Shown here one piece after another: positions 57,866 through 64,000 of a stretch of DNA of 64,000 nucleotides. The position numbers and the translations under genes were made by a program. Source of the DNA: Candidatus Hadarchaeum sp. (GTDB taxonomy: Archaea > Hadarchaeota > Hadarchaeia > Hadarchaeales > Hadarchaeaceae); NCBI GenBank assembly GCA_020725055.1, contig DYFS01000002.1:622-64621 (forward strand), given 5' to 3'. The first letter of the stretch is position 1. Each line of letters begins with the position of its first letter. The notes beneath the pieces are model-generated. The model worked only from the letters and a program-made list of their open reading frames with translations, was not told the DNA's origin and made no database searches.

Positions 57866-58363
57866 ATGTTAAGGATAAGAATGAAGAAGTTGGACAAAGA
57901 AATACTGCTTCAACTGATAGAAGACAGCGAGCAACCCACATATCAAATAGCAAAAAAAGTCGGGACCACCAGGCAAACCGTCGCCAAAAAAATCGCTCAA
58001 TTCAAAGAAGCAGGGATAATCAGTTCATTCGTACCCAAGCTGAATCCGGAGAAGTTCGGCCTAGCCACGAAGGCATATGTGTTTCTACGTGAGGATCCGC
58101 GAACAGAGCTCAGAAGGAAAAACGAGGATGCCATCAAGAAGTTTCACGAGGTCTCCGGGTTCTACCGCCTCTTCGGCAGATACAGCGCAATCCTAGAAGT
58201 CAGGGTGAGGGGCAGCAAGGAGCTGACAAACCTGGTTAAGCGAATCCATGGCCTGAGGGGGGTGAGGGAAACCGAGACATTCATAGTTCACAGCTCGGTG
58301 AAAGACATGCCCGAGGCGCCATTTGTGCAAATTTTGAAATTAGGAGCTAAAACACCCGGCTAG
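57866..58363 (+). CDS. Lrp/AsnC-family transcriptional regulator
   Basis: An N-terminal HTH (LDKEILLQLIEDSEQPTYQIAKKVGTTRQTVAKKI) is followed by a RAM domain. Confidence 0.8.
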   Translation: MLRIRMKKLDKEILLQLIEDSEQPTYQIAKKVGTTRQTVAKKIAQFKEAGIISSFVPKLNPEKFGLATKAYVFLREDPRTELRRKNEDAIKKFHEVSGFYRLFGRYSAILEVRVRGSKELTNLVKRIHGLRGVRETETFIVHSSVKDMPEAPFVQILKLGAKTPG

Positions 58364-59121
58364 GTGAGGTCGCCACACGCGCAAAAAACCTCGTGCACGA
58401 TGTCGTAGAGCTCCCGCATCCCCTCGCCAGTTTTTGCGCTCGCCTTCACCACCCTGGCAGCGGGCAGAAGATCCGGCAACACCCTCGATAACCCTAACGT
58501 AAGGTCTATCATCACCCCCGAGCTTTCCTTCACCACTCGCTCCTTCAGAAGCTCTGCGTCTGCTAGCATGCGGTCGATTTCAGCCAGCTTGCCTTGGGCC
58601 AGATCTATCTTGTTCAAGACACTGATGGCAGGAACCCCCAGCCTGAGCCCTATCGATAGCCCAAGCAAACGTGTAAACACGAGCCCAGTCGCTTTCGCTG
58701 CGACCTCTGCGTCTGTCAGGAAGAGCGAGATTGTCACCCCCTCCATGAGCTTCGCTATCTCGGGTCCACCATGAAAGAGAAAAACTTCCATCTGCCCTGG
58801 GGTATCGATGAGCCTGATGTCGGCTTCGATCTCATTGATCTGCTTCGAAAATTCCCCCGCCCTCTGCTCTAGCATCTCAGAAGCGCGGACCATAGCCCCG
58901 TTCGGCCCGAGACTCTCATCGCGCATTATCTGAGCAATGGTGAAGTAGTCACGGATGTCGAAGTCCGGCTCAAACGGAACGAAGTCGCACCCGGGGTCGA
59001 GGTTGATGTAGGCCACCTTTTGGTCGGTGTTTTGTTCGATCCACTTGCCGAAGGTTGCCGTCAGCGCACTCTTCCCAGCACCAGCCGTGCCTAATACAAT
59101 CAGGTTGAGTGGGCGTGGCAT
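58360..59121 (-). CDS. GPN-loop GTPase (PAB0955/XAB1 family)
   Basis: LIVLGTAGAGKSALT is a P-loop. IDTPGQMEVF and NKIDL are also present. Confidence 0.75.
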   Translation of the reverse strand: MPRPLNLIVLGTAGAGKSALTATFGKWIEQNTDQKVAYINLDPGCDFVPFEPDFDIRDYFTIAQIMRDESLGPNGAMVRASEMLEQRAGEFSKQINEIEADIRLIDTPGQMEVFLFHGGPEIAKLMEGVTISLFLTDAEVAAKATGLVFTRLLGLSIGLRLGVPAISVLNKIDLAQGKLAEIDRMLADAELLKERVVKESSGVMIDLTLGLSRVLPDLLPAARVVKASAKTGEGMRELYDIVHEVFCACGDLT

Positions 59122-59125
59122 GCTT

Positions 59126-59626
59126 TCAACTCGTTATGGATTTCATGATTTCAGCGTAAACCTCGGCAGAACATCTCCAGCCGAGCTTTATCATCTCATC
59201 CACCTTCGCTTCCTCCACTGTTAACAGCCCAAGTTTCAAGAGCCTGAGCAGGATGTAACCAGTACCTCTATTAAGGACATCGTTAACGTCTGCCACCCCT
59301 CTAGCTTTGTCTTCATCCACGATAGCGGTTGCGTTCAACTCCTTGGCTAGGGCCAAAACCTCAGCGTCCGCTTTGTATAAGCCGGGGATCCGAGACAAAG
59401 TTTGGAGAAATTTTTTGTTTTTGACTTCTTTGACCTCAAGAACCCTCCTATCGAGAACTTTTTCAATCAGGAGGGCATCAGCCGCTCCTCTTTTCTTACC
59501 CTTAACAACAACCTCTTGGTGTACCGTACCCGGAATAACCTTTTTCTCGGGCAGTTTTTCCAGAAGTTCCAAAACGTTAACTTTAGCCAAGTAAATCAAG
59601 GGGGTCGAGTTTAAGACCAAGGCCAT
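59126..59626 (-). CDS. COG2405/DUF3368 PIN-like predicted nucleic-acid-binding protein (putative toxin)
   Basis: 166 aa. Starts MALVLNSTPLIYLAKVNVLELL, a PIN-like first strand. It is paired with the upstream UPF0175 gene. Confidence 0.45.
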   Translation of the reverse strand: MALVLNSTPLIYLAKVNVLELLEKLPEKKVIPGTVHQEVVVKGKKRGAADALLIEKVLDRRVLEVKEVKNKKFLQTLSRIPGLYKADAEVLALAKELNATAIVDEDKARGVADVNDVLNRGTGYILLRLLKLGLLTVEEAKVDEMIKLGWRCSAEVYAEIMKSITS

Positions 59627-59629
59627 GTG

Positions 59630-59932
59630 CTATTCCGCCGCAGCCTTTATGTCTGCCCTGATTTTTTCAACCGATTTTATCCACGTTACACCGGAACGCC
59701 TCACCAAATCCGCAAAACTCCACACATCCACGCCGGCGATCTCTGCGGCCTTTGTAAACGTGACTTCTCCCCGCTCAAGCAGCTCGAGGGCCTTTTTTTG
59801 TTTCCATTCCTGTAGCCCTGTCCAGAGGAGTTTCCTTACTGCAGCCGACTTCTCTAATTTTTCAGCCTGCATGAACTCCTCCACTCCTTCCTCGAGCTCT
59901 TTGGGTATTCTAGCCGATATAGCCTCCGTCAT
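59630..59932 (-). CDS. UPF0175-family small protein (putative antitoxin partner of the COG2405 protein)
   Basis: GEVTFTKAAEIAGVDVWSFADLVRRSGV matches the UPF0175 signature (..LGKAAELAG.S.WEF..LL...GI). It ends 4 nt before the COG2405 gene. Confidence 0.45.
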   Translation of the reverse strand: MTEAISARIPKELEEGVEEFMQAEKLEKSAAVRKLLWTGLQEWKQKKALELLERGEVTFTKAAEIAGVDVWSFADLVRRSGVTWIKSVEKIRADIKAAAE

Positions 59933-60037
59933 GCCAATTCCGTATTTATTTGTATACAGTTTACACATAAGCTTTGCTGGCCCTCGCCCGAGCCAGCGGT
60001 GCCTAGCCACAATTAGGTTGAACGAGGGGGCTCCACA

Positions 60038-60394
60038 TCATTTTTTACGAGTGCCCCACGCTCGGAATCCTGCCGCAACCGTCAGAATACCAATCAACAC
60101 GACAAACCCCGCCAAGGCCGCGATAACTGAGATCCTAGCGCTCAGAAACCACAACGCTCCTCCACCAAGCATTATGGCTCCCCAGATTCCCACGACGAAT
60201 GCCCCCATCTCGTATTTTTCTGGACTTGCGTGTTTTATAGCCGCTAAAATGATGGCCCAGATCCCGTACAAGACGGCGACGAGCGGCACCGTTTCCCACG
60301 GCGTTATGAGGTTAGCTGCGTAAGCAAACCCTGCCACGCCACATATCGCTAGGAAAACTCCGAATGAAATTGCACCGATTGGTCTTTTTACCAT
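60038..60394 (-). CDS. Small four-TM membrane protein, function unknown
   Basis: 118 aa with four hydrophobic helices. Divergent from the Spo0M-like operon. Confidence 0.4.
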   Translation of the reverse strand: MVKRPIGAISFGVFLAICGVAGFAYAANLITPWETVPLVAVLYGIWAIILAAIKHASPEKYEMGAFVVGIWGAIMLGGGALWFLSARISVIAALAGFVVLIGILTVAAGFRAWGTRKK

Positions 60395-60465
60395 TTACCC
60401 CACAGATACAGAAATGCAAGACAACCTTTTTAAAGTTCCGAACCACGTTATGACTGAGGGAGACA

Positions 60466-61059
60466 TTGGGATTTTTCAAGAGGCTGAATCCAATAAATGC
60501 CAAAGTCTCCGTTCTCCTCGATAAATCGGCATTTGCTGAGAGAGAGCCGGTTACTGGTCGTTTGGTTTTGGATTGTGATGAAGACGTTCGCGCCGATGAA
60601 ATCAGGCTCGAAATCCGGATAACGGAAACTGGTTACAGCTACGGTGGCCCATCTGTAAGCGTGGGAGGGATCACTATATCGGGTCGCTCGCGACCCCCAG
60701 AGAGGCATGTGATACGGAGGCATGCAGAAGATGTTAAGCTATCGGGTTCGCTTGATCTCTACAAGGGTTATAAGGGAGAGTTTCCGTTTTCGGTGAGCAT
60801 ACCCCCGATAGTTCCCACGATGCCGAGCGGAGCAATCGAACGAAAGATCAAAGGAGTGGTGGCAGCGAAGGGGCGACCGGACAAGACCCAAGAAATTAAC
60901 GTTAACATCATGCCAGGTTATGCCCCAGGAGCTGCACCAGCGCCGTCTAGGGAGGTCGTAGTCAAGGAGATCGTCAAAGTGCCGTGCAAGTACTGCGGTG
61001 CCCTTATACCGGTAGAAGCCGACAGATGCTCAACTTGTGGGGCCCAGCTCAGGAGATAA
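60466..61059 (+). CDS. Spo0M-like (prokaryotic arrestin-like) protein with a C-terminal CxxC...CxxC zinc ribbon
   Basis: The Spo0M-type N-terminus reads MGFFKRLNPINAKVSVLLDKS...GRLVLDCDEDVRADEIRLEIR. The C-terminus is CKYCGALIPVEADRCSTCG. Confidence 0.5.
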   Translation: MGFFKRLNPINAKVSVLLDKSAFAEREPVTGRLVLDCDEDVRADEIRLEIRITETGYSYGGPSVSVGGITISGRSRPPERHVIRRHAEDVKLSGSLDLYKGYKGEFPFSVSIPPIVPTMPSGAIERKIKGVVAAKGRPDKTQEINVNIMPGYAPGAAPAPSREVVVKEIVKVPCKYCGALIPVEADRCSTCGAQLRR

Positions 61060-61063
61060 AAAA

Positions 61064-61600
61064 ATGGCGAGAGAAGTACCTCTGAAAAAAGTCGAACGCG
61101 AGACGGCCCTTCTCGAAAAAATCTCGTTGGCGATTCCGGGATTCAGGGGGTACAAATTGAAGGAGATGCGAAGGGAGGCAGATAAGCTCATAAGGGACCA
61201 CTTATACCGAAGGCTCGTGGAGGCAAAATCGAGCATGAAGGAAATATTCCAGCGTTTAGTCATCAACAAACTCATGGATGTTTTGGAAGATACAGATCGA
61301 TTGATCGCCAAGTTCGACAGGGTGGCGGAGCTGATAAACCACGCGCCCTACGGGTACAGCGGATTTTTCAGCGCTGTCAAGATCGAAGAAGATGATCTCG
61401 AAAACATGATTGACTTTGACTTGAAACTTGTCGGCAGCGTCAAAGGGATAGAGGCGAAGGTCAAGCAACTCAGAAGCGAAGTCATGAGTGGAAAGTTCGA
61501 AAATGTGAGGACCCACGTGGATGACATCCGCGGGTCAATAGAAGACTTGGAAAACACATTTAACGAGAGAAAAGAAGTGATAATGGGGGTGCAGTTCTAA
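61064..61600 (+). CDS. All-helical coiled-coil protein, function unknown (PspA/ESCRT-III-like not established)
   Basis: About 178 aa from MAREVPLKK with heptad-like periodicity throughout. It starts 5 nt after the Spo0M-like stop, and its own stop overlaps the next start. Confidence 0.35.
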   Translation: MAREVPLKKVERETALLEKISLAIPGFRGYKLKEMRREADKLIRDHLYRRLVEAKSSMKEIFQRLVINKLMDVLEDTDRLIAKFDRVAELINHAPYGYSGFFSAVKIEEDDLENMIDFDLKLVGSVKGIEAKVKQLRSEVMSGKFENVRTHVDDIRGSIEDLENTFNERKEVIMGVQF

Positions 61601-62574
61601 TGCCACAGGTCATAGGGTGGACGAATCCGGGAGCGAACGACATCGTTTGGAAATACCCCGATGAGAACATAATGTGGGGCGCCCAGTTGATAGTCCGGGA
61701 GATGGAGGCAGCCGTTTTCTTCAGGGATGGAAAGGCCTATGACGTGTTCGGGCCCGGAAGGCACACTTTGACGACGAGGAATTTGACCCTGCTCACGAAG
61801 GTCCTCACACGGATAGCGGGGTACAAAGAGACGCCGTTCAAGTCGATGGTTGTGTTTGTGTCTACTAAGCAGTTTGACGGGAAATACGGGATGAGGGCCC
61901 AGACCACCGAGCTCGCACCCCTGATGGCCCACGGCTCATTCTGGTTCAAGATCGAAAATCCACAGCTCTTCGTGAACGAGGTCGTGGGCGGACAAGGCGC
62001 ATTTCACACGATCGATGTCAACGAGTTCCTGAGAGGCTTCGTGAACGAGAAAATGATCGACGAACTTTCCCAGTACGACTTGCTCACGGTATTCACAAGG
62101 CTTGATGAAACTTCTATGGTCGTCAAGGCGCACATCTTGGATGCTTTCAAGAGGCTGGGGATGGAACTCGTAGACCTCAAGTTTGAAGGGATAGATACAG
62201 AACCCGTGTACAGAGAGAGGTTGTTCTGGATTAAAGCCGGAAGAGCTGCACCAACAGAGGTCCTCAGGATGGAAACGGTGAAGGAGTCGGCGAAGGAGCT
62301 CGGCAAGTCCCAGGGGGCCGGCCTCGGGGCCGGGATGATGATAATCCCGCCGATGTTCCAGCAGCCAGCCGCTCCTGCAGCGCCAGCGGTAGCATTGGTC
62401 ATCTGCGCGAAATGTAATGCACAAGTCCCAGCAACTTCAAGGTTCTGCCCGAGTTGTGGCATTGCGATTGTTGCACCAGCCGCCCCAACTCAAACTAAGA
62501 AATGCTCAAAGTGCGGGCAAGAGGTTGCGGCTGAAGCCAAGTTCTGCCCAAGTTGCGGGAAGAAAATACCATAG
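61600..62574 (+). CDS. SPFH/band-7-like protein with a C-terminal double zinc ribbon (COG4260-like)
   Basis: The N-terminal domain resembles the SPFH-with-Zn-ribbon family. The C-terminus carries two CxxC-x10-CPSCG ribbons (CAKCNAQVPATSRFCPSCG; CSKCGQEVAAEAKFCPSCG) after a low-complexity linker. Confidence 0.45.
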   Translation: MPQVIGWTNPGANDIVWKYPDENIMWGAQLIVREMEAAVFFRDGKAYDVFGPGRHTLTTRNLTLLTKVLTRIAGYKETPFKSMVVFVSTKQFDGKYGMRAQTTELAPLMAHGSFWFKIENPQLFVNEVVGGQGAFHTIDVNEFLRGFVNEKMIDELSQYDLLTVFTRLDETSMVVKAHILDAFKRLGMELVDLKFEGIDTEPVYRERLFWIKAGRAAPTEVLRMETVKESAKELGKSQGAGLGAGMMIIPPMFQQPAAPAAPAVALVICAKCNAQVPATSRFCPSCGIAIVAPAAPTQTKKCSKCGQEVAAEAKFCPSCGKKIP

Positions 62575-62688
62575 GTCGCCGAAAAGCGCTAGAGCTCTTT
62601 TACCATGTAGGGCCGTGCCTGCAAACACGATGATTCTATGCACATCGAGCTTCAGTGCACCGTGTTCGTCACGGTGACATCACTCCCG

Positions 62689-63096
62689 CTAGCTTATCCT
62701 CTCCACCAACCCATCGAAGCCGGTGTCGAAACTCGCGATTCTCCCTATCCTATTTTTCTCAACGAGTGCAAGCGAGGTGCAGTCCGTGAAGCTCATGGGT
62801 CTTTCCTTGAGCGACTTGAACCGCTCCCATGCCGCGTCGAAGACCTCTTCGGAGACCCGCAACTTCCCTATCCTAGGCGAACTCAAGATGTATTCTCCAA
62901 CGTCGATCGCGAGTTCGAGCCTTTTCGTTCTAGCCAAAGCTGTGGTTATCGCTTCATCTATCACGTAATCCGAGGTATAGATAACGCCGAATTCAGCCCG
63001 GAGGATGCGCGCCATCAGCTCCTTGGCCCTTCGATGATATCTATCTGCTGCGTTTCTCAGCGCGATGAAGACCCCCGTATCAACAAAGACAGACAA
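62689..63096 (-). CDS. vapC: VapC-type PIN-domain toxin
   Basis: MSVFVDTGVFIAL...FTDCTSLAL...SFD carries the PIN acidic residues. 135 aa. Confidence 0.7.
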   Translation of the reverse strand: MSVFVDTGVFIALRNAADRYHRRAKELMARILRAEFGVIYTSDYVIDEAITTALARTKRLELAIDVGEYILSSPRIGKLRVSEEVFDAAWERFKSLKERPMSFTDCTSLALVEKNRIGRIASFDTGFDGLVERIS

Positions 63097-63387
63097 TTAT
63101 CCACCGTAAACGTATTCGTCTATCTTCTCGGATGCGTCTTTGACTCCCCAATTTTTCGGCTTCTGGAGCATTTTCCAAGCTGGGTCCTCCTCCAAGGGCG
63201 GCAGTTCCTCAAGCTTCTCGGCGAACTTCTCGCACTCGAGAGCGTGATCCACCATCATCCCTAAGGCTTTTTGCATCGGGATTTTCTCGCCCCGTTTGAT
63301 CAGACGTGAGGCGAGGTACCTCTCGAGCTTCTGCTTGTGCTCCTCATCAATTTTCACGGTTGTTGCCACTTTTCCACCAGTATACAA
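63097..63387 (-). CDS. vapB: VapB-type antitoxin (adjacent to vapC)
   Basis: 96 aa, directly upstream of vapC and end-to-end with it. Its N-terminus is TVKIDEEHKQKLERYL. Confidence 0.5.
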   Translation of the reverse strand: MYTGGKVATTVKIDEEHKQKLERYLASRLIKRGEKIPMQKALGMMVDHALECEKFAEKLEELPPLEEDPAWKMLQKPKNWGVKDASEKIDEYVYGG

Positions 63388-63423
63388 GTTTCTTTTTCTA
63401 CTTATAAACCTTGTGGAGCCGAG

Positions 63424-64000
63424 TCAGCTCAGCTCCTTCACCATGTAGGGCCCCTCACGCCCGTAACCGAACCGCCTGTAGTACTCCCGAGCCCCTATCC
63501 CCGCGAGCACGATGACCCTGCACGCATCGAACTCCTCGCGTGAAACCCGCTCCGCCTCCTCGAGCAACCTTGCGCCGTAGCCGCGGTGTTGCCAAGCGGA
63601 AGTGGGGGCTTCCGCCCGACCTCCAACCCGAACGAGCGGCCCGTAAACGTGTAGCTCCCGCACCAGCGTTGCCCGCGCCGCCTTAGCCTCTGGTCGGTGG
63701 GCCTTCTCCGATGGGTACCTGAGCCTGAGCAGCCCGATCAAGATATCCTGCTTCACATCCTCAAAAGAAAGGAAGAGCTCTTCCCCTCCGGAGGCGCGAT
63801 ATCTCTCGGTCACTAGCTTTACATCATCTGGGTTCGGATCTGCCCCCTGCTCACGCTTTATATGCCCGACCTCGCGGCAGCGGATGCACCGGCAGCGGGC
63901 ACCCTCATTTCTCAGTTTTTCCTTGACTAAAGCCCGTAGGTCTCCTCGCCTGACTCCTTCGACTATCAGGTTTGATGGGATATCTCTCTGAATGCGTTGA
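63424..64000 (-). CDS. elp3: Elongator protein 3 (Elp3) homologue, C-terminal GNAT half only. The gene continues beyond the window end.
   Basis: The reverse frame stays open to position 64000 (...CRCIRCREVGHIKREQGADPNPDDVKLVTERYRASGGEELFLS...). It ends with WQHRGYGARLLEEAE...RRFGYGREGPYMVKELS, the Elp3 C-terminal signature. Confidence 0.6.
   Translation of the reverse strand, partial: QRIQRDIPSNLIVEGVRRGDLRALVKEKLRNEGARCRCIRCREVGHIKREQGADPNPDDVKLVTERYRASGGEELFLSFEDVKQDILIGLLRLRYPSEKAHRPEAKAARATLVRELHVYGPLVRVGGRAEAPTSAWQHRGYGARLLEEAERVSREEFDACRVIVLAGIGAREYYRRFGYGREGPYMVKELS

Overview
This is a gene-dense archaeal (euryarchaeal-type) chromosomal segment at roughly 60% GC, almost entirely coding. 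The identifiable core covers three groups of genes.

Translation and transcription: the conserved archaeal block L7Ae-S28e-L24e-NDK-aIF5B-S6e-aIF2gamma-PIN-RpoE'-Spt4. Also here are GluRS, GlyRS, GatDE, ribosomal protein S2, Sec61beta, Tsr3, Sua5, an archaeal histone, and a partial Elp3 at the 3' edge.

Isoprenoid synthesis: IPK, IDI-2 and GGPP synthase, with an RNase J gene between them.

Central carbon metabolism: enolase, type III-like RuBisCO, TIM, a minimal beta-carbonic anhydrase, archaeal-type PEP carboxylase, GlmS, PurA, split MetE and two aminotransferases.

The accessory features are as follows.
- Two diverged IS630-family insertion sequences of about 1.1 kb (2078-3188 on the minus strand; 22488-23608 on the plus strand). 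In both, the transposase is split at an A7 run that fits a -1 frameshift.
- A decayed gene abutting the first IS.
- An AT-rich islet next to gltX that holds a small ferredoxin-fold (Cas2/VapD-like) ORF between copies of a 26-bp palindromic promoter/operator-like repeat.
- A tandem pair of small CARF-like genes; the second is frameshifted.
- A JAMM/MPN protein next to an AT-rich membrane gluzincin.
- Two toxin-antitoxin pairs flanking a tight three-gene operon: a Spo0M/arrestin-like protein with a Zn ribbon, a coiled-coil protein, and an SPFH protein with a double Zn ribbon. This operon is the best candidate for an undescribed membrane-associated stress or defence module.

No CRISPR array, rRNA gene or convincing tRNA gene was found by eye. 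Every family assignment comes from reading motifs in the translations and needs confirmation by search.
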